NCBI RefSeq assembly: GCF_000743755.1
Contig: NW_014569475.1
Coordinates: 1-37,978, forward strand
DNA: 37,978 nucleotides
DNA from: Blastocystis sp. subtype 4
Lineage: Eukaryota
Direction of reading: 5' to 3'
Shown one piece after another: positions 24,498 through 34,945 of this stretch. Each line of letters begins with the position of its first letter. The first letter of the stretch is position 1. The notes under the pieces were generated by a model. It had not been told where the DNA came from. It ran no database searches and worked only from the letters and a program-made list of their open reading frames with translations. The position numbers were made by a program, and so were the translations under genes.

Positions 24498-27116
24498 CTA
24501 ATGAGGACACTGCTCAGCAAACATCGATGGATTGTAACCTCCACCAAAGGAGATGTATTTCGTACGGCCCCCTCTCATTAGAAGGAATCTGCGATAGATG
24601 GAATTACAGTACTGAAGATCAACTAACCGATACAGACTTCCTGGTCCATTCAATTCCCCAGATTCCCACATTCCTGAGTATTTTACACAACCGTTCGGAT
24701 AATACCAAATCCCTTCTCCATGAAGAACATTTCCCGCAAATATCCCTTCATATTGTTTCCTTCCATTTGTATAGAATAATACACCTTTTCCATTAAACTG
24801 CCATTCTTTGAAATTCCCCATATACACGATTTGGTCCTTTTCGGTTAAAAGACAGCCTGTTCCTGTTCCAGTATTCTCAGACCCCGGTAATTCGAATTTA
24901 AAATGCCAATTTTCATGGAACTGAAGACTTGTATTAGGAATTATCCTATACTCATTCTCAGAAGGTTCAGACACCTGTTTCACCTCAGGTCCACCATCTG
25001 CAACAACAGGAAAATGTTCATAGAATGTCTTTTTAATCATATCATCTGTGATAGATGCCATGTTCATTCTATCCACACAACGAATCCATTGGTCATCATC
25101 ACTTCCTTCTTCTTCCGATTGTGTAGCTTCAACAAAGGTATTAACCTCTTCATCAGGAACTACAGTGTCACGCACATAATGACGTTGAGGTTGACAAACA
25201 ACACAACTCTCTTCAATTCCCTTCCGAGAATACTTTCGTTCCATTATGTGTTCATTCTGAACAAGAGAATCACATACATCACCTTCTCGATTCATCCAGA
25301 GAACCTTCCCATCAAGAATCCCCTGTCTAAACGAACACATTAACACACATCCATCATTCAACACTCGAATCACACGACCATTCCAAGTATTATCATTCAC
25401 TATTCCACAGCTCTGCATTTCAGCATTCCCCAAATGTTGGTAGCCATTCCACTCACCTCCAACGAACAAACCATCATTCATCTCTTGATTCTCACTCACT
25501 AAACATCCATATCCATCATACATCCCATTACTAAACTCTCCAATATACATGTCTCCATTATTCGTCCAACATTCTCCCATTCCCTCAATCTCATTCTCCT
25601 TATATGTTCCCCGCCATACTAACTGATGATTGATAAGGGCTCTTCCACTCCCTTCGGATACATCATTCTTCAATATTCCTTCCCATCGAATCGGACTGTT
25701 GATATACTGTTTAAGGCAGAGACCATTGAAGTGGCAGTCCCGATATGGACCTATCGTAACAACAGTGTCAGTACGATCTTCATTTCCATTTGCAAAACAT
25801 TTAGGTAAGATTCCTTCAATGTACGAATGATCCTCTTCCAGCTGACCATATGTTAAACGATCATAAGTGATCTTCATACACAAACTCTCCATATTTAGAC
25901 GATATATACACATGCTGACAGATGACTTGGTATGATGATCTGATAGGACAGTATTCCCAATTAGTTCATGAACACGCTTCCAGTGTAGACCTGGAGACAC
26001 ACATATAGAAGAAGAAGTCTTCGTAGTCATAGAAGGAAGTTGATTCCCGCGGTTAGGATCATATGATTTTGGATTTCTTATAATGTCAACAATTGTCTTT
26101 TGAAGACCTATTCCAAGATACCATTCTGCTGGAACAGCTCCTCTGAAGATACTGAACAAGGAGCCACGAACACTTTCACTGAAAAGAGAATGACCATTCA
26201 CCATGTACCGCTTAATTTGTTTATATGTTATTCCAAATGATGCTAATACAGAATAAATGACATCCGAAAGAACCTCTATAAACATCGTCTCAAATGTGTC
26301 ATGATCAAACTCAACCATACGTTGTTCCTCATTTACAAGCCAATGAAACTCTAGTTTCTGGTTGTCACTGAATGCACATAGAAGGTTGTCAACAATCAGA
26401 GGAATCACTTGATTAATCTCCATATTCGATAAGGGAGGAAGACCGGAAGCGCAAGCTTTCTTATCAATTGCGCTGATCATTCGATTTATGATACGTTTCT
26501 TAATGGAGATGTTATATGCCTTCTTGTCAAAACAAGGAGTTAGATTGTGATAAATATGAATATTGAACGAAGACTCGAATACATCAAACACAGCAAGATA
26601 CCCATCAAATAACCTAGGCGTATTAGTGATGGGAATGAACAACAAGAATTCTGGAACTACAAGCACTTTTTCATACCCAATAGATTGAAAAAGACTCTGT
26701 AGAGTTGACAATTGTTGACGCGAACTGACTGTATAGAAAACTATCAGTTGTGATGGTCTCTCTTCTTTTAAATCAAGGTTAGTTTGCTGGAGGTATTGCA
26801 AAAAGATCCTTTTCTTAGGATTCGAGAGGAAGTCCCAAAATACCGGTTGCTTTACAGAAATACCATCACGTTTCATATATCGAAGTTGTTCACTAGTCAG
26901 GATCGTTGGAATTCTCTTCCCACATCTATCCATAACAAACCAGCATTATTCAGACTTTTCTCTCTTGATATCCATGATATCAAAAGATGTAAGCGACTCA
27001 AAATCCGAAGCAACATAGAAATCGTGGAGATGCATCGAAACGCTTGCCAATTGGTCATCAACTGTGAAAACACCATATTCGTAAACATCTCGATTCAATG
27101 TCAGAAACGACCACAT
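24498..27116 (-). CDS. Degenerate Hsp70/actin-fold-like N-terminal region plus MORN repeats
   Basis: ATG 27116 MWSFLTLN, then a 30-nt intron joins the 811-aa ORF. MORN repeats YIGEFSNGMYDGYG, YMGNFKEWQFNGKG, YEGIFAGNVLHGEG, YSGMWESGELNGPG. The stop is 6 nt before TGTTTGTT (24491-24484). Confidence 0.75.
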
Positions 27117-27231
27117 TCTGACAAAGGATTAATGCTCTTCAAGGTGTATAAAAAGAAACAAGTAAATTAAGAGATGATTATTACTACCAACTCACCTACA
27201 CAACAATTAGAACAAGTCCAATGAACCAAAA

Positions 27232-27341
27232 GTGCTCAGACATCCAAGGAAGTCCTGCACCAGTGCTTCTCCCGGCGAAGGGAGTACACTCTAAGGTGGT
27301 ACTGCGAACGGCTTGGGACACCATTGTTTTCATCTTCGTAC
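27232..27341 (-). ncRNA. Box C/D snoRNA U14 (SNORD14/snR128)
   Basis: Minus strand: box C variant AAGATGA (27336-27330); domain A AGCCGTTCGCAGT, complementary to 18S ACUGCGAAUGGCU; hairpin CTCCCTTCGCCGGGAG resembling the Y domain; domain B TTCCTTGGATGT directly before box D CTGA (27239-27236). This is the hallmark U14 3' end. Confidence 0.92.
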
Positions 27342-27356
27342 AATCAAAAATAAGAA

Positions 27357-27427
27357 CAAGTCAGTAGGCAACACATAAATGTCTAACACGGTATCTTCAG
27401 TCCGCCCGTTGCCAAATCATCATTCCA
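27357..27427 (-). ncRNA. Box C/D snoRNA U43/snR70-like (guide for the 18S Cm equivalent to yeast Cm1639 / human Cm1703)
   Basis: Box C ATGATGA (27423-27417). Guide ACGGGCGG-A before D' CTGA (27400-27397), complementary to the conserved 18S CCGCCCGU, with the +5 rule landing on the known methylated C. Box D CTGA (27364-27361). Confidence 0.82.
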
Positions 27428-27609
27428 ACAGAATGCTTCTCCACTTACCTTTTCCACTTACAATCCCTATCCTGAAAGAAAATGTGAAATTCTTAGAAAC
27501 CATCCAAATGAGGTCCCTTTTCATTGGATGAACCAGTATTCAAATTGCGGGAATTGGTTCAAAAGAGATATCACAAACAAACAAGAAATATGCTAAAGAT
27601 AATACCCAT

Positions 27610-30320
27610 TTACTCTTTCTTCTCCCGATCCTCCTCTTCTTGGTTGTCATCTACTTGATCGTCTTCTTCTGCCCTATCTACAGCTGCCTTCTGACGTAAT
27701 AATGCTTCAAAAACTTGCTTCTCCTCATCTAATCGAATTGCTAGCATCTCCTTTGCAATCATCGAAGTGACTTCATCCAGATTGCTGTCTTCCGTAACCA
27801 ATGGTTCTTCTTTCACTCTTTGTTCTTCACTTGTTCCTTTGTATCTAGCTTGATAGATTTCTGCATCTACCACATCATCATCCGTGAACTTCAATTCATC
27901 CACATTGTACACATCTTTCATTGGTTCTCCTCGCAAAATACGTTTGGCATCTTCTCCAGAAATCGTCTCATTTTCTTCCACAGCCTACACCTTATTCATC
28001 CATCATGTATCTACATCAGCCAAACGCAGAAGAAGTCGTTTATTCTTCTCAATCAAAGTACGAGCTCTCTGATACGATTCATCCAACATTCGGTTAATCT
28101 CCATATCTTTCTTCTTTCTCTGTTCCTCTCCATAGTATGGTAACTGATCAATTGAAGCTCCACTCACTTCACCTCGTACACGTGGAGTCTACATCTCATT
28201 CACTATTTCATCCTTCACTCCATTCATGCCCCACTCATATACCATTCCTCGAGCAATTGAAGAGGCTTGTTGAAGATCACTGCTTGCTCCTGTTGTTACA
28301 TTGTCAGCACTAAATCAAACATTCTCATCTTATCCTACCCATAAAACACTTCTTCAGCAGCTCGTCCTCCCATGGCTGTATCCATCATTGCTAATAATTG
28401 TTCCTTTGTTTGAGATACCATATCCTTCTCTTCAGCTAGAGGTGCCACATACCCCAGAGCCTAGTTCTCATCTTCATTATGCTAACCCACATCACCACGA
28501 GGAATCACTGTAATCTTATCAATTGGCATCGAACCTGGAGTTAATAATGAGACCAATGCATGACCACATTCATGAAGTCTATATTTTCATTCTGTCTTCA
28601 TTCTTACAGTGTCATACGTTCAATATCAGGATTGGATCCTCGATCACCACGAGAACCCATTTTGATTCGATCATATGCTTCCATGATGTGAGCATTATGA
28701 ATTCGCAAGTACCCACCTGCCAGAGCCTAATCAATGATCCTATTTTATTTATTCCACCTTCATAGCAGCCACATTCATTAATGACTCCAGTTCAGCACCT
28801 GAAAAACCTACAGTACGACGTGCTAGTTGAGGAATATCCACATCCTCTGCCAAACGTGTTTGTTGTGTCTTCTTCAACAGAATCCTCTCTCTTGCTTCAC
28901 GATCAGGCAATGACGCTACAACTCATTCTCATCATTCATTCTCACTTCGAATCTCTAGATCAAAACGGCCCGCTCTAACTAATGCAGGATCTAATACCTT
29001 CTTTAGATTGGTTGCTGCAATAATTAACACGCCTTCATCTCCTCTGAAACCTCCAATTTCATTCAACAACTGATTGATAGTTTGACGACTATTACTGCCT
29101 CGGAAACTATCACGACGACCTCCTACTGCATCTAATTCGTCGATAAACACAATACAAGGCGCCTAACCATAATATCAAATCCTCATGATTAGGTACATTT
29201 TCCCGCGCTTTTTTGAATAACTCTCGAACTCGTTTTGCTCCCATTCCAACATACATTTCATCGAATTCGGATCCAGCAGCAAAGAAGAACGGAACAGAAG
29301 CTTCTCCTGCTACTGCTCTTGCTAGTAATGTCTTACCAGTACCAGGAGGACCCGTCAGAAGTACTCCTGTAGGTGTTTTAGCGCCCATCCGTCTGAATTG
29401 CATGGGATCTTGAAGATACTTCACCAACATTTGCACTTCATCAAGGCTCTCACCCAATCCAATCACATCAGAAAAACGAGTAGTGATACCTGTTTCAGGT
29501 TCGAACTAGTTGTGAATGAAACGAAGAGAATCACACAGAAGATGTTTGGAGAAAATTCCCAGGATTGATATTTGCAAAGAGAAGAAAGAGTAAATAAACG
29601 GCAAGAATAGTAAGGCACCAAGTGAGGACGTTGTTCGTTCCAGAAAGGAGATTCTTTTCCAGAATGTACTGTTGAGCAGTTGGATGCCGAAGTCGATGTC
29701 CCATCTTCTTAATTTGCTCTTCTGTTAAACCACACTTGTCAAGTTCTTGCTGAATCTGCTCCGGTGTCATCGTACGAAAGCTGTCAGTCATGTAGGTTAG
29801 GTAGAGAGTTCTACAATAGAAGCGTATCTTAATCAACTACAAATAATAGATGTCTCTACGGAACAGTTTTGGATTCTCTAAACGCTGCAATTCTTCACGA
29901 GCATACTCAAAAGCACCATTTCGGATGTATGTCTATTATATATTGAATTTAGTACTCCTACCATCACAGAATCAAGCGTAGCTAGATCTTTTGCAGAAGG
30001 CTGTTGAGCTGCCTCCTGTTCCTTCGCCTCTACAGCTGTTGTAAACTGTCGGACACAAGGTAATCCTTTTAGCAAAGGGAAATTCGCTATAAATGAGCAT
30101 AGTATACTTCCAGTTCACGATTTCGATAGGAACGCGAACAGCGAATAAACGTATTATGAATATCTCTACACAGTCGAGTTCTTCCCTATTCAAATGAGAT
30201 TTTATCAATAAAGACTACTGTGAACGATCCTGTCGAAGGAAGGGAATGGAGATTAGATCTCTTCACAAACGATGTTACAGAAGACTCTGCAATAGAAAAT
30301 GCACGAATGCTCCTGAACAT
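27610..30320 (-). CDS. YME1: Mitochondrial i-AAA ATP-dependent zinc metalloprotease (YME1/FtsH4-like), multi-exon
   Basis: Presequence-like [58 protein letters not shown], spliced LHECGHALV (HEXXH), MGGRAAEE...[12 protein letters not shown]. Confidence 0.9.
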
Positions 30321-30354
30321 CCGTATTTGTTTGACAAACAAACAGACAAACCCA

Positions 30355-32015
30355 CTAAATTTCAACACGGAAAACTTGACATGTCTTGTCATCCGAAACC
30401 GTACTAATGTATGTCTTATTCTTATCAACCACTACTGACATGTCCAAAAGCATATCCTATTCATGAAACCCGGTGTAAATAACAACAGTATGACCATTCA
30501 GCTGTTTCAACAACTCACCCGTTCTTCCATCCCACAGATACACACATCCATCCAAACAACCAGTTATCAGAACAATATTATTGGGATGCCACACAAGACG
30601 AATGACTCCACCTCCATGTTGCAGTTCATGTCGGATTCGGCATGTCCCAAAATCATAGATGATGACCTTCGAGTTCATACTGGCAGAAGCGATCCAATTG
30701 TACTTGGTATTAAAAGCAACACTAATCCATGAGAAAAGTCCATGACTCCAACGCTTCAACACTGCAATTCTCATTCTCATCAGCACTAGTATGTTGATAT
30801 GAAGCAACGATCTGGAGGTAACATTATCACCAATCCCTGACCTCATTCGTTTTGAGATTTGTTAATCGAACAGATCCATCACGAGCACCACTTGCAGATA
30901 AGGACATCTACATATGAATCACAAGAGTAAGAATACCTGTGAATATAGATCCACACATTCAATACCAGCTTGATGCCAGTTGTGTGTATCTGGTTTCACA
31001 GATGTTACTTGAGAATGAGTACGGAATAGCCATGATTTCAATGTATTGTCTAGAGAGCCTGTTACTAGCATCTATACGAGAATACTTAGTTATCATTTCT
31101 ACCTTCCCTGAAGATGAGATCACAGCACAAGTGACTGTATCAGTGTGACCACAAAACAACTATCCATAAATCATCTCATTTAATACATACTGGGTGAGAC
31201 TCACCTGATGTGACTAACCATGACCACACACAAAAGTCATTTCCTGAGGTTAGAATGACACTTCCCTACAACTCACTGTTATTCTGCAGAATCACATTCG
31301 GATGGAACTGGAGCCATTCAGGCTCTTCGGGACCTTGAATGGTAAGAACAGGTGCTCCATCAGCTGTTTTCCAGATTTTCAGCTCTCCATTCATATCAAT
31401 TGTTGCACACAAGTTCCCTTTAGGACTGAAACAGACAGCACAAACGCTTTCGTTGTGCCCCGTCAATTCAATTACCTTCTCTGGTTCATTAGCGTTGAAC
31501 AGAAAAGCACGGTTATCTTGACCTCCTGTTAGGATTTGGCCTGGTCGCTGAGGATTCATAGCTACACACAACACCGAGTCTGTGTGTTTTTCGAAACTCT
31601 AATTCTCAGTAGTGACAAACTAGCCAACAAAGAATGAGTCCCGAACAATCTCTTCTGGAATAGCTTCATCTTCCACCTCTTCGGGGTTTTCTTCAGTTTC
31701 TTCCACAGCATTCTCTTTATTGCCTCCTTCTTCTTTCACTATCACTGAATACACATCAATCCTCCATACACTTTGCTTCTGCTTGCTCCAAAAACTCATC
31801 TACATCCATAATCACATACTCTGCATGTTAGTTCACACAAATCAGTAATACCCTCTCCATCAATCACTACTTCCTCGTCATCAGAACCACCTTCTTCTAT
31901 AATTTCCCTTACTGCAATTCAGGAACAAAAACTATCACTCTACCTCCTTCATCAACATGATTATCAACGAGATCCTACAAATGAGCATTGTAAGTGTTGA
32001 ACTTACTTCGGACAT
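30355..32015 (-). CDS. WD40 protein SQT1/AAMP-like (uL16 chaperone family) with acidic N-terminus and micro-exons
   Basis: ATG TCC GAA then an intron, followed by acidic exons. HTDSVLCVAMNP...TGGQDNRAFL...GHNESVCAVCFSP...ATIDMNGELKIW...EPEWLQFHP. Last exon ...STVSDDKTCQVFRVEI-TAG (30355-30357). Confidence 0.8.
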
Positions 32016-32085
32016 TTGAATCGAGATGGAGAGTACAATAAGTGGATAAAACAAGTTTGCGACACAAGGCGCAACTATTAGGCGA

Positions 32086-32093
32086 AACAAACA
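32086..32093 (-). terminator. TGTTTGTT polyadenylation element of the carrier gene
   Basis: 2 nt after the genomic TGA. Confidence 0.8.
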
Positions 32094-32095
32094 TG

Positions 32096-33186
32096 TCAGT
32101 TATTCGGAAATAAAAGACCAAACTTCTCATAGACTGCATTCACGATACCCCACGAAATGAGAGCTCTCATGAAATTCACCTGAGCACCATTATACAACCC
32201 GATCACACTTCCTCTCTCCCTACAATTAAATTAACTCATCAAATCTACTTTACCACTTGGATTATTGCTTTGAACACAGTCAGGCCCGGTTCATACACAA
32301 TCTTCTTCTGCATTTGCACTTTTGCAACACTGAAAGGGAACGAAAGAGTACTAATGCATGCTCCAAGAACGGCACCATTGAGAAAGTCGCTTAAGGTAGA
32401 ATGAAGGAAGCAGTAACCCAACAAGATTCAGGATATACATTCAACACCCCTCCATTCTCTCGATGAGGAAGGAGTTTCTGAAATGGTTCACGGAAGAAAA
32501 GAAATAACCCACTTCCCAGACAATTTCTCAAACTAATAGCACTAAACATCATCTCTCCCTTCTACTTGGACCTGAGACCTGTAAACATTTCTCTAAAACC
32601 TAACTGGCGAAATGCAGAAAAGAAATTCCTAAATTCTGAATTATAGGTCGGTATTTGCATGAGAGTCTGTACTCGCTCAAATGGAGTCAGCAAAGCCTCT
32701 GTTAATCCCGAACAACATGATGCAATCAACCGAATGATAATTGTTTCCTGGGCAAAAGGACTACACTTAACACAACACAAATAGATCCACTCCGAATACT
32801 TCTGCTTTATCGACAACAACCCACGACGATAGAAATCGAATGTACCGAACATCAACGAGGTACAAATCGTTTTCTGCATAATTGGAGGGCCCACACCACG
32901 GTATCTACTCATTACAATTCAGTTCCACAATTACAAGTAGTGGAATCCTTCGTGATATAAATCTCGTCCCACACTTAACAAATTACTTCCAGTTAATTGC
33001 TGCCGGAACATCACTTTGTTTATAGGAAATGTACCTATTTACTATCTGAAGAGCATTTGACCTACAAAGAATGTTCACAAGAGCAGCAGTGCCACCACGA
33101 ATAAACTCTCTCGGTTTGGGTAAAACAACGTAGACTGGGACTGCTCTCGGAGGAGCATGCTCGGCAACATCATACGCAGTTTTCAT
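32096..33186 (-). CDS. Mitochondrial carrier, SLC25A51/MCART1-like
   Basis: FPINKVMFRQQL, YRGVGPPIMQKTICTSLMFG, TEALLTPFERVQTLMQ, FPFSVAKVQMQ, GAQVNFMRALISWGIVNAVYE. These track the SLC25A51 subfamily motifs as I recall them. Confidence 0.85.
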
Positions 33187-33306
33187 AACTACGTGGAAAA
33201 ATACTTCACACTATTAAGATATGATAAACCCAATAAGAAAAGCGAATTCGAAAAAGGCTTTCTGGTGTTAGTTTCGTAACTGTTCAACAAACAACAAACA
33301 GCGAAA

Positions 33307-34908
33307 TTACTTGGTCCAACGACAACTGAAGATTTCTCCCTTCTTGTCAATCCGTTCGAAACCTTCTTCTTTCAGACAATCACGCAGACACTGTACCAAA
33401 GCACCAGGAAGTCTCTCAGTACGCATTCCATCAAAATAAGCAAGAGCAGCCATACCCGTAGGAGCTGTGACACCTGCCATTACACCTAACGAGAGAATGC
33501 GTCTCCAAGCGTTCTGTTTCATCATCAATAGCTTCAAGAATGTCTCATTTAACAATAGATTCTCAGCAGGAGAATCACTATCCAATGCTTCTGCAATTCT
33601 AAATCTTATTCTCCTCATCCTCACTCACTGTTCCAACAGCTTGCAACGCAGTAGATTTCCAGCAGTTAGTACACGCGCCACTTCACTACGATTGACTTCC
33701 CATTGATAGGTGGAAGAAGCAGCAGTGAGCATCGCAAATGCCTGAGCATACAAGACAATACGAGCACATGCATAAGCATCCTCCATATCCTTCAATACAG
33801 TCTGCAGGTCCACATGACTCCAATCAAACTTTGGTCCTTTGACTAAACCATTCACTACATCTCACACTCCTTCATTAGATCTACCTTTGACTCGCTGCTC
33901 ACGACTGCAAGTAGCATAACGAGCGAATATAGCACTATCCATCACAGAGCTACTCGCATGCACAGTAGCACTCTCCCCCATCACATCCACACCACTCTTC
34001 TTCTGAGGAGCTTGATCCCAAATACGCTCAACGAGGAAGTTATCACTGGGTTTGCATCCTTCTACATCTGTATCCTTCTTTCCCACAATCGTTGATGTGA
34101 TCTGAAGCAAATAGCTGGATTGATCACGCTTATTCCATTCAGCAAATGTATCACTCATCTCATTGTTGCTTAGACGCATCTGACGCATCAAATCATACAT
34201 CTCCGCCAGAAGTTGACTCTCTCCAATCTCCAACGCATTACACAACGATTTGATAAACACAGCAGCAGAACCCTTGCCAATATAACCAGCACAAGCATGA
34301 TGATTCGCTTCCGCTGCCACCTTGTTTAACATGGGTTCAACTAAGTCATAGACAGCCTTTGAACCGGAAGCAAGGAAAGCAGGACCAGTATGCATATCAC
34401 TATCTGTACCCATGATTGCCATTGTCATGTACTGGAATCCCTTCTCTTCCACTTCTTTACATCGACGATCACATTCACTTATAGAATCACAGCCACCATC
34501 GATAATAACATCCCCAGCCTATCCAATCACCAAGATATCACTCTAACTACCTCTAACAAGGGAAGAATCTTTTGCATATTCCGATCAACACTTGAACCAG
34601 GACGAGCAAGAAGAAGGATGCGACGCGGTGTCTTCAAGTTTTTACAGAAATCACCAACCTAATGCAATTATTGCTTACCTCTATATCCACGTACATCTTT
34701 AATTCCTCGGATCTTCTCTTCTAGATCGGATTTCTCAGCTAATTCAATACATTCCTTGATCTATAATGGATTAAATATCAATCAAGTCAGATCTCACCTT
34801 GTCTGAGGATTTGTTTCCCACAGTCACCAAATAGCCTTTTGAAGCAAAATTCAGGGCAAGCTGGATACCTTGACTAGTCAGACCATAAATACCAATATCT
34901 GAAGACAT
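33307..34908 (-). CDS. Divergent 6-phosphogluconate dehydrogenase-like protein, multi-exon
   Basis: MSSDIGIYGLTSQG, KTPRRILLL, DVIIDGG, FIKSLCNALEIG, FAEWNK...SYLLQIT, ALAYFDGMRTERLPGALVQCLRD. Colinear with 6PGD over its full length. Confidence 0.88.
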
Positions 34909-34933
34909 TTCAGAGAAGGATTCTATGAAACCC

Positions 34934-34941
34934 AACAAACA
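34934..34941 (-). terminator. TGTTTGTT polyadenylation element of the MORN-LRR gene
   Basis: 4 nt after an in-frame first-position T. Confidence 0.8.
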
Positions 34942-34945
34942 ACCC

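Noticed and set aside
27245..27260. GGAAGTCC as an RNase P/MRP CR-I motif
   Set aside because: No pairing CR-V partner; it is the antisense of the U14 3' region.
27236..27335. Small ORF ending RREKHWCRTSLDV, resembling ribosomal protein L39
   Set aside because: Weak similarity; the sequence is fully explained by U14 motifs.
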